Under the pieces are notes generated by a model. It was not told the DNA's origin and did no database searches. It saw nothing but the letters and a program-made list of their open reading frames with translations. The position numbers were made by a program, and so were the translations under genes. A stretch of DNA of 64,000 nt from Nitrospirales bacterium (GTDB lineage Bacteria; Nitrospirota; Nitrospiria; Nitrospirales; UBA8639), in contig CBDBCZ010000017.1 of NCBI GenBank assembly GCA_965203295.1, positions 1,984,001 to 2,048,000 of the forward strand, written 5' to 3'. Below are positions 24,601 to 36,600 of this stretch, in pieces (position 1 is the first letter of the stretch; each line of letters begins with the position of its first letter).

Positions 24601-27600
24601 CATATTTTGGGACATAGCAGAGTGTCCTAAATACACTTATTTCTGGGGTCCTTTAAGATGGGTTTCACTGTACACTTTCATGAATATGAACTAGCCAATG
24701 AACTATAGTCAATTAAACATGTATGAGCATATACAGTACAGCGATGTATTCATACACTGTTATAAACTGCTAAGTGAGCAAGTGTATTTCATATCTACCA
24801 TGACGAACTCTTCAAGGAGAGAGAGGTGTCTGCTAATTAGTCATACACCCATGCTCTCTTCACCATTAAAGTCTTGGCAGTACCCTTGGTTCACTGTTTA
24901 ATTTCTTCTGTTTATAGTTCCACAAGCCCCTCAACGCTCACCTTTCTGAGCAGGTGCAGGAACTCCAACACAAGATCTTTTGCCTTGAACAAGAAAAGAC
25001 GACCTCGTCTGATTTGCAGTTGTCGTTGCAAGTGAGTTTGCCCTACACACAATGTACATCATTATATAGTCTTGAAACAATACAAACCACCACTTTATAG
25101 GACATCTCAATACGTAGCTTACCTCCTAAGTATTTGTAGATACAGGAGCTCATATGTAACTCACGAACTTAATATGCTTGTTGCCCAGTGTTGTTGCTAT
25201 GCTGACACTCCTACCCATCCCTTTGTTATTGAGCTACATATACCTGTACTATGCAATATTCTTCTGTATTCCACACCCTAGCCATGCATTTTCACACAGC
25301 TTCTGTGCAGTATTCTCATGTATAATATAGCGCGAATGTGTCCGCACACTGTGACGATAGGCCACTTCCAGCCATCACTTTTTTAGATGCATTCCTAGTG
25401 GTAAATGGCTTGCTTCCACGGAACACATAGCCACACGGGCAAGCTAGCTTCCTAACATGGATCCGGCTACCACAGTTAGGACACGCTCGAAAAAGACATT
25501 TTGGTACAAATACCTTGAATTTCAAATCCTGTCGTCAGCGAAAACAGCCCCAGAAATATCACGTGTAACGGAGAACATAATTAATTGTTATCTCGTCCCC
25601 AGACCATGCAGGGTGCGTGAACTCGTTCTCAGACTAGAATATGGCCGACTCGCGCTCGCCTTGGCAAACAAATTGCAGCATAACTCTTGAACGAAACGCT
25701 CTTTGCAAAATCGGCTCAATTTGGAACACTAGGCCTTGGTGTACACAAATTTCTGCACAATACTACAGAGTACTTCACAAGTTCACAGATGTAGTTTCAC
25801 TAGTCCAAGTACATGTAAAATGAGCACCTATTAACTGTAACTACAATATTTGCAAGGTTAATACACCTGTAGATGTCTTGATCCTGTTGGATTCACATAT
25901 TTATATCCAGCTGTGCATATAAATTATTATTTATACATATATGAGCTCTTTCCTACCTATATATGTGCATAGCTAAGTTACTTCAAGTTTTCTGTAGTGT
26001 GCTTTTGAGAGCCTTCTGCCTCCACTGTAAGGAAGGACAAAGCAGGGTTTAACTACCCTGTGGTAGCCTTGTTCTCTTTCTCCGCCTCTAGCACATGTAC
26101 CAAGAAACACTTGAGTTGCATACTTGTAACTTGTACATGTACGTACATGTAACCATCCTCTGATGTGTAAACCCAAAGATCTGAAGGTGTTAACGTTTCA
26201 TTCTATTCTCTTTTTTTAACTAGGCTGATTCTAGGGAAGCAATGCTATCACAGCTTGAGACTGAGAATTCTGCCATGAAGACTGAACTCAAGGAATTGCG
26301 ATCTAAAGTTTCAAGTTTGCTATCGAGTGAAGAGCAATTGATTGGAAAGCTGGCATCATCCAAGACAGCTTTAGAGAAGGTAGGCTCCACTTTGTAGCGC
26401 AAATATTTCTTCTATAATGTATAGGCAGATTGAAAGACAGCTTGCATACTGGTGGCCAGCCCATAGTTTCATATTATTCTCCCGCATACATGTATGCGGT
26501 AGGTTAAGCAATTGGTTCTGTCTGTCTGTCATTGAGGCCTGAGGGTAGAGTGCTTATCAATCAACAATGTCCCGACTGGGCATATTATATGTGATTTATT
26601 CGATTTTGCTAAGTGGTTGCAGTGTTCCTGCAGTTATAGCTACGTCAGTACAGTAGCCAATAGGGCTATGCGCAAAGTAAACAGTAGAGCTTTTATTAAA
26701 CAGAGGGTAACAACTGCGCTAGCTGCTGCAGGCACACTGCAACCACCTAGCAAAATCGAATAAATATGCCTAGTCGGGACATTGTTGATTGATAAGCACT
26801 CTACCCTCAGGCCTCATGCTTATTATCAACAACCCTCCTGGACGTGCTATTTCCTGAGATATGTATACGCAGTGTAAGCCTCGCACACGAGCATTCAGTA
26901 GGTGTGTATGGACAGTTCAATGTGTACCGCTAAAGTGCATTGCTGATACACCCTGGTGGTGCCTTTCAACTGGAGGCGCATTGTGGGACAAATATACATG
27001 TAGCTGTGCTTCTTAATTCCACCACTCTTGCTATTGTAGTGTGCTGTTGAAAGTCTTCTACCCCAACTGTTGGGAGGGACAAAGCAGGGTCTTAACTACA
27101 CTCTGCACAAGTACCAAAAATGCTGAGGGTGTTTGCAACTCTTACATTTTATTAACTCAATAGGCTGATTCAAATGAAGTGATGCTAGACGCGGAGAATC
27201 GTGCCATGAAAGCTGAACTCAAAGAATTGAGATCCAAAGTATCGAGTTTGCTGTCGAATGAAGAGCAATTGATGGGAAAGCTGGCTACATCCAAGACAGC
27301 TTTAGAGAAGGTAAGCACCATGCAATTCCTAGTAGAGGCTAAAGGTTAAAGGGCAATTTGCATAGTGGCAGCCAGTGAACAGTTCCATATCTTTGGATAT
27401 GTATACCAGGTCACAATACGGGAATGTTTAAAAGAATCTCGTAAACAGCACATATAAACTTTTTGGAATGTTTTGTGAATACGTGTATGATATTACTATC
27501 AGTTACATGTACGTACTTGTATGTACAGTACCTGTTGGGCTCGTTTTGTGAATAATTGCTTGCAAATTCTATAAATGCGCTGCACATTCTTATAAACTGC

Positions 27601-30600
27601 ATGGCACTATCTCCATCCTTCATTTTATGCCTATTTAGCCCCTAACTGTAATGCTAGCCCTAGCCCTATATTTGTATGAAATCATAAAATGTGTAGCGCA
27701 ATTTAGAAACTGCATACATGTACATTTACAAGATGTGCCCAGCATAGATACAGTGTCCATGTAATATAAGTGCACTTGTGTAGCCACTTTGCTTGGTTTG
27801 GAGATTAATGCTCATACATGGAAACTACATATACCTCAAATTACAACCACTTTGACAATGCCTAAGCATCTAACAACCCCCTCTGCTTAATAAGCCTCCA
27901 AAACAAACACGTTTAGGGTCTGTTGCTACTTATGCCATCTTCTTGCACCGCACTTACTCCATCACGCATATGTACCTACAACATGGCAGGTTGAATACAC
28001 CCTGATTTTCACAATGTGCACTATTGAAACACCATAGTTCACCCAACCACTCCCTGAAACTCTCCACTGCTTGTGCATGTGAACACATATATATGCACTA
28101 GCTAGCTATGATAATGGGCAGAGCCTACAAGACAGAAAGGTATTAGCAGAGAAATGAGTGAGTAGGGAAGTGGACAATTAGAGAGTGAATAAATTAACGC
28201 AAGATTGTGAGTATATAAAGCCATATGTAGTCACTTTTTGTTCATGCAATGTATTCACTATTAGTGAATACATTGCATGAACAAAAAGTGACTGCATAAC
28301 TACATTGTCGTGTGTGCGGTGTGTCCTCACTTTGCTGAGTAGTTAATTGGTGGATTAATTTCATGTGCATGTATGTATTCACATCTGTTACTTTTACATG
28401 TAGAATTCTCCATCATCATTCACACAGTTAGCGAATGAGCAGCAGCAGCTACTTCAAAAGTGTGACGACCTACAGTCCCAGTTGGCTGCAAGTAAATCTG
28501 GCCGTATAGTTGCGGTAAAGGCTGCAGAGGAAAGAGGAAAAGCACTGGCCACAGGGGCTTGGAACAGGCTGTCTGGACTGCAGGATTCTCTTGTTCAAGG
28601 TATCAATACATACAGCTGTAGGCATAGGTGGATTATGTACCATACGTATAACTGCATGTTTTTTTTTGCTAGAGAATTTTGGCGATTTTTCATATCAACT
28701 GTTTCCACAGAGATTTTCACTGCATCTCTGAACTACGTACATTTACGTATACGTACATGTATGTGCCCTAAAAGCCTTCAAATTTTCACCTAGCTACTGC
28801 TGTGTGTATTGACTTCATCTCTGATTAGTCTCGCGTACCAGCCTCACTGTGGGGGAGTCTGGGCAGTATTGGCACGTTTTCATTTTGGAATGGAATGCAT
28901 TGCATTCGTCAACCGTGCCCAAGTCATGACTGATGGCGTGTGATAAACTTTAGCTAGTAGTGTCCTAGCTGTGTTGTTACTTACAGTTGGATAAATTGAG
29001 CAATAGGAGGAGACTTCATATTTCATGATATAATTACTTGTCACGTGACTACTCTGTTTTGATTGGTTCTGCCAAGATTCGGGCAGACAGAACGGATACA
29101 TACATGGAGTAACTGCCCAGACTCACTCCTCTCCCAGAGCGAGGCTGGCACACACGACTAATCTCTGATATGCACTTCACTGCATCTTCTAGAGTCTAGT
29201 GTGTGTCCCCATGGCAATACGTCTAGAGTGTCCGTGTGTATCATTGTTATTATGTGTGGCCTTTTTGCGCTCCCTAACAGCCCGTTCTTGTGTGACTTCT
29301 ACAAGGATCACTCTCACAGAGCTTCGTGACCTTACCACAGTGTTTGGAAAAACAGTATATCAGGAGGTCACTTTGGTTTCTCACAAGGTATGTTGTAATG
29401 TCATAGAGCATATACTAATTACATGTATCTTTTGGCTCTACTGAGATTTTACAGTGGTGGTTATAGTGCCAAAGTACAATACATTATATACACATGTGTC
29501 ATACATACATGTAGATGTATGTAGGTATTACATTTAAATAGTCTCCCAATCCAAACGAGGTGTGCCAATAGAGTAGTTGATTAGACTATGACCCAAATCA
29601 CAGAGCACCATAACAGCATGATGTTTTGGTGCTGCTACATGCTATTAATAAGCCAGTTAGCTTGTACATGTACTTAAGGTTAGGCCCAACCGGAAGTTTA
29701 AATTTACAACCATGTACACACATGTACAGGCTTTCAAATTGAAGCTCATAGCTAGACAACACGGCAATGTAAGGCCACAAAACCTAAAGTGTAAATACTG
29801 GAGAAAGCTAAGGAACATAAATTTTGTCGATGTGTGCGTTCTTTGCACCGTACAAGTACAATATTCACTTACCAACTCGAAACACATTCGCGGTAAATCC
29901 ACGGCTGTATAAGTACATGTAGGTCTATAGGGTACATGTCCAATATAGAGTAATGGCCGTGATTCTGGATTCGTAAAGTTGGCTTTGTACGTTCTGGAGG
30001 TAGACAATAAAATTAAGTGTTTGTTCTCAATGTCTGGATGTGTATAGGCCCCTTGGAAGCTTCAGTGAAACTGCTAATCAGACCTACAAATAGCTCAAAG
30101 TGTCCTGAGATTTATCACAGCAGATTCACTCGCTGTACTTTGCGTAATACGACATCGTATACTTTTCTGTGACTACCGGATGATGTGGGCGGAATTAACA
30201 CTTCCGGTTGGGCCTAACCTTAAGCAGTTGGTTGGTGCTATACTGCATTCCAGCATGACTGACTTGCTGTATTTGAAGTCCCCAAACCACTTACCTCTGT
30301 GCCGTACATGGTTTGGCTCACACGACTATACCGTAGGACTGGCTTTACATGTAATTGCGTGGGAAAGTCATCACATTTTTGCGCTATGAATGCAAATGGT
30401 GTATTTTGTGTTTTATTGGGGTTGTCCGAACACACAGAAAGTTATAGTATCAACACCACCCCTGCATCTGAGGATGTACATAATATTACTAAATGCTCTG
30501 CTACCTCTAGATCTGCCAAAGAATCTTGCAAATCAGTGACATGAACAAGAGCCTTGTATCTAAATATCGCAGAGAAATGACGCTTCGGAAGAAGTTTCAT

Positions 30601-33600
30601 AATCAGCTTGTGGAACTTCGCGGCAACATAAGGGTCTTTTGTCGTGTCAGGCCACCCATTTCAGAAGATGGTAATCCCACCATTGTGGTGCACCTAGACA
30701 GAGATGATGATGGAGTTTTGCATGTGCACAGAGGCAACTCGAAAGTCTTTGAAGTGGACAAAGTGTTTGGCCCAGAGTCAATGCAAGAAGAGGTACTAGC
30801 TTGCATGCTATATATTACAGTTCTTGTCATTGTGTTTTAGTTCCACCACTTCCCTTATGAGTCAGATAGCTGATTGTATTTCATGTTATTGCAAACTCTC
30901 TCACAGATGTCACAATGCACATGTAAACTGTACTTACTTAGGTTATTGAATTTTTAGGACATGTATACGCTGTACATGTATATCATGAACATAACATTCA
31001 AATAATGTATTTAACTCCCATATAATATATGGGAGTTAAATACATTATTTGAATTATTTGAATTATAGACATATTCACTTTGGATCCTTTATTATCTACA
31101 TGTGAACTATATTCCCATCAGGTGTTTGAGGAGGTGAAGCCATTGATCACTTCTTGCATGGACGGGTTCAACGTTTGTATTTTTGCCTATGGACAAACTG
31201 GCTCAGGAAAAACATTCACAATGGAGGTAAGTGGTATCCTTCAAATTCCTTGATTGAGTACTTGTACGTACATCCTAGATCTAACAGCCACAACTAGTAT
31301 TTTGTTACAACTACATGTGTAGTGCATTATGACTATATAAACATACCTTTGGGAGCTATTGTTCTTAGATTCGGTTCGTAAATCCCTGACAACTGGTCAT
31401 TAGCTATATTATACTGATCATGGAGTACTCCATGTGTAGGGATGGCTCCGAAAACAAGTCTGACATTTCATGTCTAAAAAACCAGCCGGACGCCGTTCCC
31501 GTACAATACACACAACTCAGCTTAGGCCAAGCTACTAAACTACAGCTGTAGAGCCAGAGATACTATATTCCTAGAGCGGTACAGCGAAAGTGCTGACTCA
31601 GCAGTTTCGTCATGCGCCTCCAGTTAGTAGCTATATGCCAAGAAACCAAGATCTTCACGGCTACCTACCACGTTTTCGCCATCTAGGCAACACAAAACTA
31701 CCTTCATTTGCTGTAGCTTGGCCTGCAAACCTCCAAACGCTGCTGTACACTGCAGTTGCATAGTAACGTATGACGTAATATATTGCGCACGTGATAAGTG
31801 CAGACGCACAAACAGACAAACAAACAGACGCGGAAAACGTAAAGCAATCTTAGTACCAGCCGTCCCCGCGCTCCGGCTGGTAAAAATGGTGTCTCCATTA
31901 ACTGCGTATTAAATAACATGTTCAGATGTTCAGACCTCGGTTGTAGCTGTAGTCTAGGGCTAATACATGTATGAGCCCTACCTGTTATTCTCAAGTGTTT
32001 TCATCACTAACCAAACTGATTGCACTGCCAAAGAACATCTCTGAAGTACCAAAATGGCAAGTGGCTAAAATGGGGAGATGGTCTATCTTTCAGCCAGGCT
32101 AGCGCAATAATGGGCTAAAGCAATTAGAAAGATTTCAACATAAACGAGCATGATTGACCCTTGGGTAGTGCCTTTTTTAGGACATACCGTATAGCGGGAA
32201 ATTTTCGCCAGGGGAAAATTTCGCCAAACCCAGATGTGTAGTATTGCGGGAAAATTTCGCCAGATTTATTTTCGCGCACATGCGATTGGGCGAAATTAAA
32301 TTCCACGGCATTATTAATAATTATTCTTTCAACACGGCAGTTTAGCAGTCTCGAGCAGCTTGGAGAAGTGTCTTGCTGCCGCAGAATCTCCGTTCTCACT
32401 AGCGATTTGGACTTCAGTTCATTACTTAGCTTCATATAAGGCCCTCTCTTCGCCTTTGTAGCCTTTTCTTGGTGCCGAGCATTGGTATAATTTACGGCTG
32501 CGTTCGCTTCCGCAATCGCCGACGATGGCAACGAAAATGATAGCGCCCCCATTGGATCAGGGAGCTGTCTACGTGGCAGAACCTGCAAATAATGCAGCAG
32601 AGCCATACCGGTAGTCGATAGTGAGCTTAACTTTCGCAACTGCATGCTACCATTGACAATGTGTAAATATTTCACCAGTCAAAATTTTTACCTGACAAAA
32701 TTTTCACCGGTTAAATTTTCGCCACTTGAACTGACTGGCGAAATTGGCGAAAATTTACCCCTGGCGAAAATTTCCCGCTATACGGTAGCAGTTTTCAAAA
32801 ACTTGAATTAGTTCAACAGTGATACCGAGCACTCATGAATGGGCGCTTGCCATTCACACGCCAATGTTGGTAGGATACGCATGCACAGTTTTTTTACTTG
32901 TTCCTATTTAGTGTATTGTTTTGTTGGACTCTATTTGGCCTTTTTTCATTTCTTTTCTGGAGAAATGTTGTCTTGTCTGTTGTATTGCCTACATATGCGT
33001 TCCTTATTGATACAAATTTTTAAAAAGATATATTCCATAAAAAAATGAAAACACTTACATGTACTCACATGGCTGATTATTTGGTGGGCACAAAGTCTGA
33101 ACAGCTTCTGGCCAGAGGTGCTGTTGAATATTATATTTGAATAACCGAGTCCTTGTAGCCAGACTCTACTGTCATGCCCCCTCCCCCTAAAAGACACCCT
33201 AAACAAGTTACAGAAAAAGCACTTTACCAAAAAGTGGATGCACTTCCACAAAAACAAAGGGAACAAGCTATAACCTACACCGCAATGGGTTCACCGACTA
33301 CCAATGCATTGCCGAGTAGCTACGAATCACAACGCAGTGCTGTTACGGAGCCCATCTTCCCTACATCTCCTTACTCAAGATGGTCTCCGTAAATGCACTG
33401 TGCTGTGATTTTTAGATACTCTGTAATGCATTGGGCGTTGTTGTGTAGGCCGGTAGTCTGTGAACCCATTGCGGTTTGAGTTATAGTTTGTTTCCTTTGT
33501 TTTTGCGGAAGTGCATCCCTACGTGAATGGTTTTTGCACTGTTTTGGTAAAGTGCTTTGTAATACATGTCAATTTTGCTGTCCACCTCCTGTCATTCATC

Positions 33601-36600
33601 ACACCACTGCTATGATGAGCAATTCATAATACTCTAACTTAGGCATGTTGTACTCCCACCTTTGTATTGAATACATACGTAGTCCTGTATTTGATACCTG
33701 CAATAGTTGTTGTAATAGTATACGTACTTCAGCAACATTATATTTAGCTCTGTCAGTGTGTGCTCAGTGCACTAGCTTTCCTTGCCTATATTCAGGGCCC
33801 TTCACACAATCCTGGGGTTAACCAAAGAGCCCTCTCCGAGCTCTTCAAAATGGTGGAACAACGACAAGAAGACTGGGATTACGGCATTGTGGTATCGATG
33901 TTGGAAATATACAATGAAAGTGTACGTGATTTACTTTCTGAAAACAATGCTGAAAAGCTGGAGATCAAACAGGGGCCTGATGGAAATTTCGTTCCTGGAC
34001 TCATACAAGTCCAGGTCTCGGGACTGCATGATGTGAATGAGGTAAGCATGGTTAATTACCATATTTGTATAACCATTTTGTCAACTGAGTCTTCATGTGG
34101 TTTAAAAGGGAAGGTTGGTGTCGGTGTGATTTGAAGTACTGGTGGGCAGACTAAATGTTCTTCTGCCTTTTGCTACAGTGTATTCAAAAAAGCCTTACCT
34201 ACCTCCTAACCACATATACATGCTATTGTCCACACTTCTGTCAGTTCATAGATGGCATCCAGTAGCCTCGTACCCAGTTACTGGAAAATATATTGGACTA
34301 CCTTAGGATCAAGCCTTTCAAGTCTTCATAAATTGGCTATAAAATATCGTAAGAACGTGGTCTCCGGGAGGTCACTAAGGCACATTGTGTGATTCCAAAG
34401 TTACTATAGTGTGTGGTTCTAGTGTAGTACCGGTATGTGAAGAGTGCCAGTGCATGCATACGTATGTACAAAAAACGAGATGTTAATATGTATATATAAT
34501 TTATCTATCTTAATTACTTTGTTAGGTATTTGCACTAGGACACCAGAATAGAGCGACAGGAGCTACCAGGATGAACATCCACAGCAGCCGCAGCCATGCC
34601 CTGCTGTGTATTACTGCTATGGGAATCAATAAAACAACAGGCCTGAAAACAATAGGTATCTAATTTTTACACGTACCTCAGATAATGTTGTTTGTGCAAA
34701 AATTTAAAGGCTAGAATCTATGATGGATCGCCTATGGCTATGTATGAAGTATGGCTTGAGTGCATGTGGACAGTCTCAAAGGAAGCTGTTATAAAGGATG
34801 TTTTACATTAAACATGCAATCTCAGAGCATTAACACCACAACCTGAACATTAAACGTGAACTTACCCAATCCCAGAGCATTAACACCTGAAGAATGTAAG
34901 CCAAGTCAATTGCACCTGTCCATCTTCAACTATACATATATCTACTGGTTGTGTATAGCTATTATTTCGGATGGTCCAACGCACACTTAACAAACATGAC
35001 ATTGTATCAGGGTACTTCTGTATTGCCAGTTGTCGACTATGTTTGCACATGCACACAAAAGAATGTTGCCCTATTGACTACACAGGGAGGCATGTACTGG
35101 TAGGATTCAATTCATATGCATAGTACCACAATGTATCATCACTAGACGTGAGTATAAGTACATGAACAGCAGATCTTCATGTAAACACTTTTATGTGAAT
35201 CATGACGTAAGAGTAATTACCAACTAGAGAACTGTTTTGTTTCTTATACAGAGTATTGTGTGTTTCAATTTACCTGGTTGTATACAAGTTGTCAGAGGAG
35301 GTCGGCCAAGGTTGACCTTTTCTAATTAAAATCACATGACATATGCAATCGAAATCCAATCAATCGATAATGAGCAGTTAATTATTGCAAACTCCATAGA
35401 GAAAAAATCTTAAGATTTAGGCATTTCGCCCCAAGCCAGCCGCTTTGAAAAATGACTCAAAAGCAAGAAAATTTACTGCTGGTGTTAATTTCTCTGACAC
35501 CTTGGTTGCCTTTGGAGGCAAAATCCTGTCGCCTCTTGAGTGATGTTCCAGATTGGCTGAAAGACGCAACGAGGCTTCGTCAGGAAAGCGCTTGCGAGGT
35601 TCCCCGACAGGGAATACGCCACAGCAGGCTGCTAAACGCCCGCCACGATGAAAAGCAGATGGTATAAGTACCCCACCGCCCTCGGGGAGACAGTTGGCAT
35701 TCACTAATTTGTTTGTAGCTCATTTTTTACGGCTGCCTACCAAGTTTTCACCATCTAGACAACACAAGACTACCTTCATTTGCTGTAGCTTGGCCTACAA
35801 ACCTGCAAAAGCTGTTATACATAGCACGAGGCTATGCCACACCCTGCAGTTGATAGTAACGTTTTGCGTGCATTGTTTCCCCCTCCCTTTCCGGTCACGC
35901 AGAACTTCATTAATTATTGCTCGGTTACGTAGCTTGTCCGACCTCTTCTGACAAGTTGTTCTCAAAAATTACATTGCTAATATCTTTTACAGGCAAACTG
36001 AATCTGATTGATCTGGCTGGAAGTGAAAGGGTTGCAAAGTCAGGATCAGAGGGTGCTCGTCTGGTGGAAGCCAAGTATATAAACAAGTCACTGAGTGCAC
36101 TTGGTGATGTAATTCATTCTCTACGAGCAAAATCCAAACATATTCCGTACAGAAATTCAAAGCTGACATACTTGCTTCAGGATGCCCTAAGTAAGTTTCT
36201 GCACTTGTTTCATACATGTAGTAGTAGTAGGGCATTTGCATGTAAGACCGGTTTTAATAGTAAGTGCTTGTGTGAAGCCGACAAAGTGCTGAGGGTGCAT
36301 ATAACAAGGTGCATGTATGTATGTGGTAGTCCCGGGTAGAAATGTATATCGGTATTATGCTGTCATACATTTCGATCATGTCACTGTGTTCACTGAATTA
36401 TTTTCAAATTTTTTGTCCAAATGAAATAATTTCATTTTGGTTTGACGAATTCATTGGAGGTAATTAATTAAGAAACTTTCATTTTTCATGAGCGGTGGCG
36501 AGTAAATAGAAGATTAGCTTGAGATACTGACGACGTGTCAGATATTCACTCTTTACTTGCATTGTTAACAGGCCATGAGCTCTCCATGCTTTCTTCCATT

